From the human T2T-CHM13v2.0 reference genome, Homo sapiens, in assembly GCF_009914755.1 (NCBI RefSeq), contig NC_060935.1: a stretch of DNA of 64,000 nt, one strand, 5' to 3'. The notes under the pieces are model-generated. The model did no database searches, was not told the DNA's origin, and saw only the letters and a program-made list of their open reading frames with translations. Shown here piece by piece: positions 30,601 to 57,940 of this stretch (its first letter is position 1; every line of letters begins with the position of its first letter). A program made the translations under genes and the position numbers.

Positions 30601-31169
30601 ATTTAAATGAGAAGGAATTATATAATGGGCTAAGCCTCTGCCACAATGCCAAGAATCTGTGATGTCTAAAAGTGGAAGAGTGAATGAAGTCATAACACCA
30701 AGGAGACCTGATGTAACCCTCAAGAAACTCCTGATGAAGACCACTCCCTGACACTCAAGGAGCTTCCTGACTTCCCAGTATCACATGGGAGGGTTCTCCC
30801 TCCTGCCTCCTTCCCGCCATGAGCAGCTGATAGTGCCTGAGAGCCTCTTAAGACCTGCATAAACTCACATCTTTCAATAATTATTTCTCTTTTTCTATTT
30901 CTAGCAAACACACTGTTTTTACATTCATAATAGTGATAAAAATTTTCCTATTTCAAGAAATTTAAATTAAAAATGAATACATATAAAATAGTAACCAATA
31001 GTAAAAGTTGTATATAACCAGTAGAAAGGTTGAAATTCAAATAAGTGCATGAAAGTAGTCTTGGAGCTTTATGAAAATCAAAGATTGATGCTTAAGGAAT
31101 CTAAAATAAGGATAACTCCTTATCATATGACTTTAACATACTTTTTCAGTAAAAACATTAGAGTGGTTA

Positions 31170-31340
31170 GAAAACAATATAGTCATAGAGAACATACTCT
31201 GGCTTTACAGTTAAGGCCAAACACAGTTCAAATGCAATACCTTTTTAATGAGACCTCGGGCTCAGGGTTCTCATTTGTGGAATAGGATCCTTACCTCATT
31301 AAATTGGTCTATGCATTAAGTGACATAATGCCTATAATAT
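31170..31340 (+). mobile_element. MIR fragment
   Basis: ctcagggttctcatttgtggaataggat...cttacctcat core. Confidence 0.5.
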
Positions 31341-31941
31341 GAAGAATATATAGATGCTGCTTTTCCATTCCTCTTGACTACCCCTAGAATATTATATCAG
31401 CTGTTTTCATTTTCTTAATGACATGAATTGAGAGTAGGCCACAATTATTTACATTGTAATTATTTTTGTAATGTTCTTGTAAAATAAGAAAACAGTTCTA
31501 TATTAATTCTCTGTATTGTTGTGGCACAGATAAATAAAAGTGTAAGTCAGAGGAAAAAATAAAATTGAAGGCCAATCATAGATGCCAGTGGACACACCTG
31601 TTGAAGCCAAGTAAGTAAACTAACAAGACCGAGAAGGGTATCCAGTGGGATGTTTAAGCCCACATATATATTTCCCTGGTTCTAACAGTTAATTCCAAGT
31701 TACTACAGAGTTAAGATAATTGCTGATTCTATTTTCTGTTTGTTCTTTTCTATTGATTTTTTTTGTTTGATTTTTTTTTTACTTTGTTCACAGATGATAA
31801 GTTATGTTACTTTGGTAATAATAAAAATTGGACATTTGATTTTATGGTCAAAACATTTGATAATCTCTATCAAACAGATTATAGGGATCTATTCTTTTTC
31901 AGTGGAGGGAAAAAAGAATGTATGGTTTTATTAGTGCTTTT

Positions 31942-32250
31942 GGTTGTTGTTGTTGTTGTTGTTGTTGTTTTGAGATGGAGTCTTGCTCTGTCGCCCAGGC
32001 TGGAGTGCAATGGTATGATCTCGGCTCACTGCAAACTCTGTCTCCTGGGTTCAAGCAATTCCCTGCCTCAGCCTCCCGAGTAGCTGGGATTACAGGCGAC
32101 TGCCACCACAACTGGCTAATTTTTGTATTTTTAGTAGAGACGAAGTTTCACCATCTTGGCTAGGCTAGTCCTGAACTTCTGACCTCATGATCCACCTGCT
32201 TCGGCCTCCCAAAATGCTGGGATTGCAGGCGTGAGCTACGGCGACCAGCT
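31942..32250 (-). mobile_element. AluS with (TTG)n tail
   Basis: TSD tattagtgctt. Confidence 0.92.
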
Positions 32251-32369
32251 ATTAGTGCTTGTTTTTTAACTTGTTTGCTTATTTGTCAGTTTATATCAAT
32301 TAAGAATTGCATACCCATCAAGAAGGAGAACAGCTCTTTGGAATCTGAACAAGTAATTTTAAAAAATGT

Positions 32370-32690
32370 GGCCGGGCGCAGTGGCTCACGCCTGTAATCC
32401 CAGCACTTTGGGAGGCCGAGGCGGGTGGATCACGAGGTCAGGAGATCAAGACCATCCTGGCTAACACAGTGAAACCCCGTCTCTACTAAAAATACAAAAA
32501 ATTAGCTGGGCGAGGTAGCAGGCGCCTGTAGTCCCAGCTACTCGGGAGGCTGAGGCAGGAGAACGGCGTGAACCCCGGGGGGCGGATCCTGCAGTGAGAC
32601 GAGATCTCGCCACTGCACTCCAGCCTGGGCGACAGGGAGACTCCGTCTCAAAAAAAATAAATAAATAAAATAAATAAATAAATAAATAAA
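32370..32690 (+). mobile_element. AluY (Ye-like)
   Basis: CpG-rich; gcgaggt and cgtgaaccccggggggcgga..cctgcag motifs; (AAAT)n tail. Confidence 0.9.
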
Positions 32691-32750
32691 ATGTTTGTGT
32701 GTACTTTTGACTTGTGGTATAAGTTGTAGAATTGAAAATATAAGTGGTCT

Positions 32751-35929
<3,179 letters not shown>

Positions 35930-36637
35930 AAAATATAAGTTGTGTATGTGTCTGTGCATCTGTAGTTGAGTAAGGCTTTTACATTTCATTATAAGTGTGA
36001 AATAGTTTCCTACCTTCAGGGATTAAAAATTTGAATATACTATTGCTTAAATTAGTTGTCTTCTGATTATTTTATAAATATAAATAAGCATCGATAAAAA
36101 TTTAAGTATTTCAAAATTTCCCAGAAAATAAATAGAATGGACTCATAACACTTTAAAATTATTGAGACAAATCTTTATCGCAGACACTGATATCTTAGAA
36201 ACATTTTAAAAATCCAAGAATAATCAAGATGAATTTTGCAAATTATGCTATCAATAATTTTGTATTTAAAATATTAATGATAGCTATATGTCAATTTTTT
36301 GAGTTTCAATATGGAGTAAAATATAAACATTTTATAAGATTATATACAAGATATATTTGCATGATTTCTAAAGTTTTCTTTTATGTGAAATTTGGATTTG
36401 CTTTCTCACTAAGAGGTAAATTAATCTGAAATTTCTAAACTTGTACTGGATTACCAATATAAGACTTACATAATGTTCAAGATCATAAAAAATATAAATG
36501 TAGATTTAATTAAGTGGAATCATAATTCTGACAAGCTTACAAAGTATAAATATGTTTTGCACTATATTATAATAAATATTTCTAAGATCCTTAGATAACT
36601 AAAATTCATGAACTAATATTAAAATGTTAATGGATAA

Positions 36638-36953
<316 letters not shown>

Positions 36954-37257
36954 CCCTGGATTCTTAGCTAATTTCTAAGGGATATTAAATAGTGAAAGAT
37001 GGCTTATAAACATAATTTTAATTTTATAGTTTCTTATTTGCATGTGGTATGGAGTGGCCATCTCTTAGGGTAATGTTAATGAACCTTTTCATTCTTATCA
37101 TTTTGACAGGATGAAAAAGGGATACATATGGCTATACTTACGTGTATGAGCTTGTCTTCTACAATCATGATTATATATGACAGACAATTCTCAGTACTAT
37201 TATCCAGTTGTTTTCTTTGCAATAAAAGATAGTTATTTTAGTTAAGAGTTATAACTA

Positions 37258-43259
<6,002 letters not shown>

Positions 43260-44453
43260 AGTTATAACTAACATGGGTTATTGAGACTACATGAAAAGCA
43301 ATGATGATTGAGGAAAGCAATGTGTATGTAAAGCTGAGGTTTTGTTTTTCTAGGAAAAAAGAGAGTAGTTTTATCTTAAAATGAAATACAAGTTTGATCC
43401 AGAATAATAAAATAAAAAAAACACAAAAGGAGGAAACTTTAGTGTGTACAGCAAGTAGGAGAAGGTATGAAGGATGTTAATTTTGTTTGCCTTCGTTTAA
43501 AATATCTAAGCCTGAAAAAAAGCTGAGATAATTTATATTTTGGCAAAGTTCACTGAGTTTTGATGAATTTATTCACCACATAATTTAAGGGGGTCAGTAA
43601 TGAGGGTAGGTGGTCATGCCAAATATTTATCAATATGAAAGTGAAATGTGACTTTTTCTGTTAAGTTGATAAGTAAGCGTTAGAAACTCTAAAGGAATAA
43701 TAAAATATCATTGTTTAATCTTTTAGGTATATTTTCCACATAGCAAAGAGTCTATATCTCATTGAAAAACGTTCTTTTCTTAGTTTTCATTTTATTATGC
43801 AACTGGCTAATTTTTTGAAAAATTCCTCACTTACGAAAAACCTAAAGTTTCTTACAAAACTGTTACTATCTTTTGTGTTTATTTAAAGCATGCCATCACT
43901 TTGATTAAAACAATAACCAAGTGTTTTTTCTCAGGACCCTTGAGCCTATCTTGAAACATAAGGTCTGCTTTATTTTGTAGGGGAGGGGGAGGGTTGCCTA
44001 AAGTAGTAGATACCAAATTTAGAAAAAAATTAATTCAATTCAGGAGCCTTCCCCCCTCCCATAGATTTCCTAGACAAACCCCAATATCTGTTACTTCACC
44101 TTGTGGAAAAAGATGATACGAACAGTTAGGGTTGTTTGCTGTGTTTCATATTGTATTAGCCCAACATTATTGTAAAATCCATGTGGGAAGAATTGTCAAA
44201 GTAGAAGAAACAGCTTTCCTGTAGTGAAAACTATATGGGCAAAATACTATTAAAATGAATATTTCAAAATTTCACACTTAATGGGGATTTTTCAATCCTT
44301 TCACTGTTATATATATTTTACCCTAAGGAGAAACGCTGATCAAACTCCTCAAATAGCTGTGTTCTAAATTCCAATAGAGAATCTGATTTCCCCCTTTCTA
44401 ATATTCTAGTTCACTGTAATCATTTAACAACAAACTAAATAGGTTTCTGCTTT

Positions 44454-49602
<5,149 letters not shown>

Positions 49603-50545
49603 TCCCATTGTGAGGTTGCAGGGTCAGGGTGGTCCCCGGTCAGTGGTTCAGCACGTCTGATGTCAAGCTCATTCTGTGCTGGGCATTTATCCTCCTCCCT
49701 CAGAGGTGAGCAGGCTGAGGCTCCAAGAGGCTGAGGGTAGTGTCCAGGATCAAACTTCGTGTTCCCATATGCCATATGATGTAGATGGTAGAAATGGGCA
49801 GGGGAGTATAATAAATAAAAGGAGTATATGAGAAGAGCACTGTCTTCACCTCCCACCACTGTGGCCACTGATAAACCCTGACTTGGCCATGAGCCGGCTG
49901 ATACTGGTGCAAAGTGGACTGGGCCACCCAATCCTGACCCGCATGACCTGTGCATAGCAGGGGCAGCTGGGCACCACATCTTATATCACCATATCCCAAG
50001 CAGGAGACCCTCCCCGGGACAGTTCACACATCATCAGCCCAACAGCAACCATCAGAGACTTTGCTATCCTAAGGGCACAAATAGCGTTTGCAGTGTCTTG
50101 GCTTTGAAGGACCCACCCTAGTTCTCCCCACACCCCCTCCCAAGTCTAGGCATCTCATCCCCAGAGCCTAGACACAGGTTCCCTGCTTAACAATAAAACT
50201 TTTCCACATAGTGCTCAACCTTCGACTTCATACGCTTTATTTTTTCCTTACCTCCATCCACTAAATAATGCCCTCTCGCCCACTGCTGCCCCCGTGGGCC
50301 AGAGGAAGGTACCAGAAGGACAACAGCTACCTATGACCTTAGTTGAATGGAAGGTACTTCCTGTCCTCAGCAACCTTTTCCCTTTCCAAATCACATCTCT
50401 TTCAACCCAAGAAAGAGGACTCTTCCCATACAAATCCCCAAGTGCCTTGTGTGGAGGTGCGAAATATGCTCAGTGGGGCTATTTTAGGTCGCTGGAGCAT
50501 AACCCTTTTTTCCACCAGAGAAATAAAACACATTGCCATTAAAAC
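49603..50545 (+). pseudogene. Unidentified GC-rich retrocopy-like or transduced segment (C-terminal coding region plus 3'UTR)
   Basis: One frame of about 168 codons with 3 internal stops, ending ..ISPTATIRDFAILRAQIAFAVSWL* near 50107; AATAAA at about 50192 and 50522. Confidence 0.5.
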
Positions 50546-50549
50546 ACAC

Positions 50550-50815
50550 TGCCATTAAAAACAGCATCAGACCTTTAGTAATCTCTGTAATAATAAATGG
50601 GGCAATTACATTTTACATTATTGCAGTGGATTTCATCCTGGCACTTGAAAACTTGCTTTCAATTTTTGAACCAGTAAATACTTCTTGTGGCAGTGTATTC
50701 AAGCCGTCATTTGAGCTAGAAGACTGATGATGATATAGACAGTTGAAGACCATTACAACTTCTGCTGCAGTTACTTTATCTTCTCCATCCCAATTTATCT
50801 TAATTGAACACCTGG
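50550..50815 (-). mobile_element. hAT transposase fragment (Blackjack/Tip100-like)
   Basis: EDKVTAAEVVMVFNCLYHHQSSSSND..FTGSKIESKFSSARMKSTAIM*NVIAPFII resembles the hAT N-terminal core. Confidence 0.6.
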
Positions 50816-50821
50816 TATTTA

Positions 50822-50980
50822 AAGGATAAATGCTTGAGGGGATGGATCCCCCATTCTCCATGATGTGATTATTACCCATTGCATGTCTGTATCAAAACAT
50901 CTCATGTACCCTATAAATACACACAACTACTCTGTACCCATACAAATTAAAAAGTAAAACATTAAAAACATAAAAAAAAT
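50822..50980 (+). mobile_element. L1MA 3' end fragment
   Basis: aaaggataaatgcttgaggggatgga..ccattctccatgatgtgattatt followed by an A tail. Confidence 0.8.
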
Positions 50981-51055
50981 CCTAGCCTCAAGCAATCCTC
51001 CTGCCTTGGCCTCCCAAGTCCCAAGTCCCTGAGATTATAGTCACGAGCCACCACA
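50981..51055 (-). mobile_element. Alu left-monomer fragment
   Basis: cctcaagcaatcctcctgccttggcctccc..gagccacca. Confidence 0.7.
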
Positions 51056-51667
51056 TGTGTACTTTTATCCACAGCAACTCTACATTTTATTAATGTAACC
51101 AGGCAGATGAAGGAACCTAGGTTCAGAAATTATAAAATTGGTAGGTGACAGAATGAAAGTCCATACCCAGTTCTTCCCTTTGTATTTATGATCAATATAG
51201 ATAAATTAAAATATAATCTAGATAGCCACTAGAATTTTTCGTGTGTATGTCAGTGGCTTTTCAAGCTAGACAGTAAACTCCCTAGGAATCAACATTTTCA
51301 TATATTTTATAAGATTTTATTGTGCTCACTTAAAAAGTAACTTATATATGCAAAGTGCATAATGAAACTCAGTTGTCAACTGACTGTAGCCACAAAGAAC
51401 CCATTTATTCAAGGAGCCTAGAAGAACCTGACATATCTGAGAAGTGTCATATTTTTACATGAATTACCATCTTTTCTGATGTTTCTGATTAGAAGGGCAA
51501 AGTGTAAATGAGTCATAGGGTAACAGCTATTTTTCATTCACAGCAAACGCTGCTTTGGAGTTGGATCTTAGATGCTGATTATAAGAAAGTATATCCTTAT
51601 GCATCAGAATTGTATATTCTTGAACAAGCAGATATGTATTGTAGAATATATTTGCTTCTGTACTCAC

Positions 51668-51754
51668 CAAAAATACCCTGCATTGTTAATACCAGCTTTT
51701 GCACTTCAGTTCAGTAGTATTTAATGAGTAAAGATTAAATGATTATTTTTTAAC
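51668..51754 (-). pseudogene. Possible decayed exon
   Basis: Donor TTG|gtgagt; weak acceptor; frame ..TEVQKLVLTMQGIF. Confidence 0.3.
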
Positions 51755-51962
51755 CTTTAATAAGTAAAGCTATATCAGAAGTTAAAATTCTTAGATAAAA
51801 TTTAAAATTATTCAATGCTCTGAAAATTATAATAAAAAATAGTAAAATAAGTGTGTAGCAAATATTGTAGAAATAATGTAACAGTGAATAAGGGCAAAAT
51901 ACTGCCATTTTTACATCATAAAGATATAGAGAAAATGTATGTAGCAATATATTTTTTCTTAC

Positions 51963-52113
51963 TCCACCCCAACACCCCCACACAATTTGCAATGAAGCCT
52001 CAAAAACAGTGTAGCAATAACAATAACTCATCCAAGCTAAGATGCATATAATTAAATGAATTGTAACAGAAAGATGATGAAGTCTTTCATCATATTTGAG
52101 GCTGTCACAATTA
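51963..52113 (-). pseudogene. Probable decayed exon
   Basis: Acceptor ttcctttattctgccag|, donor |gtaaga; reading frame ambiguous. Confidence 0.45.
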
Positions 52114-52299
52114 CTGGCAGAATAAAGGAATATAATTTAGGTCTGTGTTGTGGTTATACTTTTTTAATTGTTCTGTTTTTACTTGCAGAACAGTGGAAGC
52201 ACTGAAATACTTTACTTCATTTTTCCTTATTGTTGCCTTAAAATTAACATTTTCTCTCAAGTATGCAAATGCTTGTTTTGCTAAACCTGAGTTTTACAT

Positions 52300-52620
52300 T
52301 GGTGGCTACTGGAGGCTGGGAAAAGCAGAGTAGAGGCAGGAGAAAGAGGGGTTGTTTATGGGTATAAAAATACAGTTACATAAAAGAAATAAGATCTAGT
52401 GTTTGGTAACAATAGGGTGACTACTGTTAACCATAAATATTGTATATTTCAAAATAACTAGAAGAATAGATTTGGAATGCTCCCAACACAAATAAATGAT
52501 AAAAGTTTGAGATGTTGAATATCCCAGTTACCCAGACTTGGTCATTACACATGGCATGCTTGTATTAAACTATCACATGTACAAGTGAATATCCATAAAA
52601 ATGAAAAAAAAAAAAAAAAA
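52300..52620 (+). mobile_element. L1MA 3' end fragment
   Basis: gggtataaaaatacagtta..gaaataagatctagtgtttg...poly-A. Confidence 0.8.
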
Positions 52621-53298
52621 AGTAAGGTTATGAAACATACCTGGGTGCATTCCCTAACTCTGCCACTGTGGGAACTGGGGCAATTTGTTCATAGATTCTT
52701 CATCTGTAAAATGGGGATAATGCTATTTTGTAGGGTGTGATAATGGATTAATTGAGATGGCTGGTACAAATAAATACCAACTGTTAGATCTGTCAATATT
52801 TTTATCTGTAACTTCCAATTTCTAAAATGAACACATACTACTTTTATAATAAAAGTCATATAAAAAAGGTAAACGCATATAGATTTCTAATTCATAATAT
52901 ACATGCTTAAATGATTAGAAGGGAAATATACTGATGTCAAAGGTTTACTTTGAAATGCATCAAAATATAAGATGGTTGATGGTGGATATACTGCAACTTT
53001 GCTATGTGTTTGGAAATATTTATAATAAAATGATGGAAAAATAGAAACCAGAGCTTTCTCAGAGTGAGATTGAGATTATGCTCTATTAAATGTCTAGCTC
53101 ACTTTCTAGATAAAATAGCATATATAAATTAGTTCTTTTTGAAGCAAGTATTAGGCAAAATGCTGCTGGTTCAAAAATTGATACTTCCCAATTGTAAATA
53201 TGCTTTTATTTGTTTTTAAAAAACAGTTTACAATGAAGATACAATTAAACTAACCTTGCATTTTGTAAAAAAAAAATTAAATAGGAAATACTATTTAC

Positions 53299-54325
53299 CT
53301 CATTATTTTCTATGGCAAAGTATTCATATTCCAGAAAACAGATCAATTTGATAATGTTCCAGCAACCTAAGATTGGTTGATAAGTTAGCTAAAAGACAAA
53401 GAAACTATCTTTGTTTTTGCACCTACTAGGTTCCATGTAAATTGCTAATTGCTTTTTCTAGATTAATCCTCAAAACTTTTCTTGGAATTAGTCAGAAAAA
53501 TGACAACATTGGGCCAGGCACGGTGGCTGACACCTGTAATCCCAGCACTTTAGGAGGCTGACGCAGGTGGAACACAAGGTCAGGAGTTCAAAACCAGCCT
53601 GACCAAGATAGTGAAACCCCGTCTCTACTAAAAATAGAAAAAAATAGCCAGGTGTGGTGGCAGGCGCTTGTAATCCCAGCTACTTGGGAGGCTGAGGCAG
53701 GGAATTGCTTGAACCCGGGAGGCAGAGAGGTTGCAGTGAACCCAGATCCTGCCACTGCACTCCAGCCTGGGTGACAGAGTGAGATTCCATCTCAGAAAAC
53801 AAAAAAAACAAACAAACAAAAAAAGAAAAATGACAACATTGTGATAAGCTAAGTTTTAGACAAAGATCACAGAACCAAGCAAAAAAATCAATCCGAGATG
53901 CATTTGACATATTCGCAGTCATTATACTAAAGCCTATGACTTTACATACTACATTTATAAGGCCTCAAAAGACAAATAAAGTAATAATAAAATAAACCAT
54001 ACAAATCTCAGTGGATTAATCCACTAAAATGTGTTGCCCACTTACACTGAATATCCAGTAATGTTCGTGTGGCAATTCTGGGATTCAGGGTGATGGAAGT
54101 TCTGCTGTTTTGCCACATCTTGCAGGACATTCAGTCTTTTGGGTTGCATAGGCAGAGAAATAAAGACATGAAGCACATGACTTTATCAAACTCCAAGAGG
54201 ACTAAATATTTGGTAACATTACTCTGCCATAAATACGTATGATATTTTACAGCTGGAGAAGACTTTAGTGAGGATTTAATGAAATTCGTTTAAGTTTGCC
54301 TGACGGAGCCCATTCTTTCTTTTAC
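53299..54325 (-). pseudogene. Decayed exon(s) interrupted by an Alu and an MLT-like fragment
   Basis: Acceptor ttctttcttttcttaatag| at 54326 (GKRKNGLRQANLNEFH), internal ..SRIDFFAWFCDLCLKL.., donor GAG|gtaaat at 53298; alternative acceptor at 53389. Confidence 0.5.
53512..53823 (+). mobile_element. AluS
   Basis: TSD agaaaaatgacaacattg. Confidence 0.93.
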
Positions 54326-54564
54326 CTATTAAGAAAAGAAAGAATCTAGAAATTACAGCACTCCAAAACCTTATTCTTGAACTCGTATGAAGGAAAAACA
54401 TGTATGAATATGTATCTAAATATCTGTGCATGTATGTATTATGTGTGTGTATGCAAGCTAAATCTTACTCCAAGGGTAGGATGAATTTAGTGCATTCCCT
54501 ATACCACAGAAAGGCTTTCTTTACTAAAGAGTTTATGGAATTCTTAGCCTAAGAGTTAAGGTAC

Positions 54565-54855
54565 CATCCCAAAGCAGCTGACTATGGTTGACATTTGTTT
54601 GGTTTCTGGACAAGCATAACACAGCATGAAGATAATAAAGATAAACTGTTCTCGTCAAAACCTTGTCAATACCTTCCATCTCAGCCTAAATGTTGAAGAG
54701 CAGAGCACTAGCAGAGTCTGAAATGTCCTTGCATTCCAAAACTAAGCTATCAATCCAATTAAATCATTCAGATTGGACTCTTGAATGTTTACATGTCATT
54801 TCTGCCTTTTGCTTTTAAATTCATCCTATTACAGTCTCCATTTCTAATATATCAA
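54565..54855 (-). pseudogene. Decayed exon (DILEMETVIG..FNWIDSLVLECKDISDSASALLFNI*AEMEGIDKVLTRTVYLYYLHAVLCLSRNQ..LLWD)
   Basis: Acceptor ttcttcattcgaccag|; 291 bp, phase 1 to 1, no frameshift, 4 stops. Confidence 0.62.
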
Positions 54856-55159
54856 CTGGTCGAATGAAGAATACAAAAATCACATTATTTACAATAAATT
54901 TTTGTGTGTTCCAATTTGGTTTTCAAACTCTTTCAAAAGTCTTTACCCAAGTATTAATTTATTCATTTCAAGTACTATTCGAAATACTCTGTATATGCCT
55001 ACCATCATCTCAAATGCTAAGAATATAGAAGTGAACAAAAGAGGCAAGGTCTCTGCACATGAGAAGCTCAAAGTCTAGAGAAAGATATATTATATTATAG
55101 TTATATCAGTATAATATATAAGTAAATGAATAAAATAATTGATTAACAAAATTCCTAAC

Positions 55160-56035
55160 TTTCACTGCACCATTCCTTGAGTAGTTTCCCTGTATGCTCT
55201 GTTTGGATTCTCTTGCCAGTGCTACAGGAAATTAAAATACACAGTTACGTTTTTAAAGCCTCCATGTTTCATTAGGACATATCAAGTTGTCTTTATATAA
55301 AATCTTTAAAATACTTTAAATCTCAAGTTTCCTGAAACCATAGTTTTCTAGGATCTGGAATTATTGCTCACATAGTCTACCTTGGTATTCAAGAGAAATG
55401 GGTTCCAGGATTATGCTCCTTACCAAGATCTGCAGATGCTCAAGTACCTTATATAAATGGTGTGGTATTTGAATATGGCCTATGCGCATCCTCCCAAATA
55501 CTTTAAATCATCTCTGGATTACTTAAATATGTCTAAACATGTCATACAGTCTAAATCTTATGTTAATAGTTGTTATACTACAATATTTTTTACTATTTTA
55601 TCATGTTTGGGTATGAATATTTTTCATCCAAGGTTAAATCTGCCCATGTAGAACCCGCGGCTATGGAGGACCAACTATATATGCAGTACCCTCTTTTTGA
55701 GATAATGTCATTTTCTCAGAGCCTCTTGGTATTATTTTATTTTTATTTGTTTTATTTTCTTAGGTTTTACAAAATCTACTCAGAATGAGTATAATTTTTC
55801 TATGTAGCCATAGGAAATACTGGAAATAGAGCTGTTACTAAAATTCGACATGGCTGGTCACTAAGGGAATCCTGAAGTCTAGTAAAAAATGACAATCTCA
55901 GGTTATCATTGAACTTGGATGATTTCACTGTTCACCTAAACATCCAAGGTCTGACAAAGAACACCGTATCAGTGTTTAATATTCTTGGTTACAGAATTAG
56001 ATATTTTTTTCATTTCTTTACACCAACGCTCTACT
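55160..56035 (-). pseudogene. Decayed exon interrupted by MER2
   Basis: VERWCKEMKKISNSVTKNIK..; IIPDPRKLWFQET*DLKYFKDFI..GKLLKEWCSE|gttagg; phase-1 end fits the next exon. Confidence 0.5.
55370..55680 (+). mobile_element. MER2 (Tigger-family MITE)
   Basis: gggttccagga..taccaagatctgcagatgctcaagtaccttatataaatggtgtggtattt..tactttaaatcatctctggattactta. Confidence 0.8.
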
Positions 56036-57337
56036 CTATTAAAAATTATGTGTATAGATACAGAGATTCGGTTATATGGAAAACAATATTTTAAAAGAGT
56101 AAAACAAAAACATGCAAACAAACAAACAACCTAACAAAACGAGACCCTGGTTTGATTCAGAACTGTTTAATTTTGAGAGCCCCAGACCTAAGCAGTAATG
56201 GTTCACAGAGAACACATTATATCTTCATATGAAGTAAAATCAGAAGTTATTTTACATTGCAAATATAAAATATTTTTAACCCAATAAATAAAAACAAAGG
56301 CGACACACTGTAGTACACCTTTCAGCCATCATAGTACTAATTTTGCCACACTCCTAAAATTGTCCATGCACTTGTTTTCACCATTCCCTCTTAATCCTAT
56401 TTGTAACAGTCATTCATTCAATTGGCATTATGCAATTGCTGTTAGTAACAACAGATGTTTCTCCTTGGCTGTTTACTATCCCCTCTTATTTTGGTGACAG
56501 CATCTTGATATTCCTTTGGGAAAATCATCCCTTTTCAAATTTTTGAAACAATGATTTGAAGGCCTAGACCCACCTCCTTCTTCCAGTATTGAGTGCTAGA
56601 TTATACCTCTCCAATAAGCATCTTTTTATTTCTACTAGTCAACATATGTAATTCTAAATTGCTCATGGATCAACAATGAAATTTGTAATTATATGAGGCA
56701 ATAATACATTTATTGCTTTTTTTCTTAAGACTTCTTAGGATATCAATTAGAGCCAAACAAATTCTGACCAATAAAAGTAACTATGATGTGGCACATACCA
56801 TACTAATTTTTACATATTAGTTTCCAAGGTTACTAATACGTACGTTCAAAAAAATGAGATCATCCAATACTCTAAAATAAAACAAGCTACATTATTGTGC
56901 AGTTATATATTTTAATATGCTTTCATCTGCTCTTTTTCTTTGACTGTCATAATAAACATAATTTCATAATGACATCAGCTACTCCATTAAATGTTTTGGG
57001 AATGTGGTTGACAAAGCTTTTGAAAGGATAACTACATTACATTTTCTTTTTGTTTCCTGCACCCTAGTTTCTCTTCATAATTCTTCCCCCTATAGCTCAC
57101 TCCACTTAATATCCTGGGCTGGCCAATTGGAATCTGTTAGGGGTCTGTAGTTCTATTCATGCCATGTTTTTATTTATTGCTAAATAATGTCAGGAGTTTT
57201 ATTTCAAGCATAAATGAAAAAGTCCTGATTTTTGATGAAAACCGAGCATTACAAAAATATGATTCTTCCTAGCTATCCTGTGGAAGAATTTTAGGGTCGC
57301 ATGTTAGGATTGAAATGAAAAACAGGTAAGACCTCAC

Positions 57338-57426
57338 ATGGTCAGAGGAGTCTTTTGCCTATAGAACCAGCTCTGTTGAAACTGCTTTCAGATCCCACAC
57401 TGGCTGAAGATAAACCTCATGTAAAT
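57338..57426 (-). pseudogene. Decayed exon (LHEVYLQPVWDLKAVSTELVL*AKDSSDH)
   Basis: Strong acceptor ttccttatttttatcccctgccattaccacag|, donor |gtgagg; 89 bp. Confidence 0.6.
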
Positions 57427-57499
57427 CTGTGGTAATGGCAGGGGATAAAAATAAGGAAGAGTTCTTGGCATTTATATTCCTCACTTAGGCCACTTCCCT

Positions 57500-57922
57500 A
57501 GACCTAAAATGAACATAAGCATGTGCTTGCACTGTGGTGTTTCCATTTATTTCAAAGCAGACATTATCCTTTTCATTGTGCTTATTCCCATCATGACTAT
57601 TTTTCTATTTTTCATTGAATGGGTGCCTTATGTATTGCAAAGAGCTTAACATTTGTTCTCTTCTTCAAAATCTTCAAAACTCCATGCCCTTCCTCTTTTT
57701 TCATATGCCCTACCGTTTCCTTAAATGAGCCTTTGTATTTCCCAACACAGTTATGAGCCAGCAGGATGCTGTTTCAAAAAGGGTGGAGGGCAGGGAGTGG
57801 AACACTTCATACTTCCCTTCAGTATATTAACTGGAAAGCTCTTCCAGTCGAGTGATGTACTGAGCCACTTCAACCACTGCTCCTCTGAACCTAACGCTTC
57901 AAGAGGGAGCTCGAATCAGTTC
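57500..57922 (-). pseudogene. Decayed exon (ELIRAPS*SVRFRGAVVEVAQYITRLEELSS*YTEGKYEVFHSLP..)
   Basis: Acceptor tctctcttaatag|; phase 0 matches exon 59020-58932; donor uncertain. Confidence 0.6.
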
Positions 57923-57940
57923 CTATTAAGAGAGACACAT

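Noticed and set aside
30620-30912. Possible LTR of the adjacent ERV-like segment
   Set aside because: No second LTR, TSD or recognisable family motif could be confirmed.
51508-51717. Plus-strand 69-aa ORF with an acceptor-like site
   Set aside because: Isolated, with no other plus-strand exons or convincing donor.
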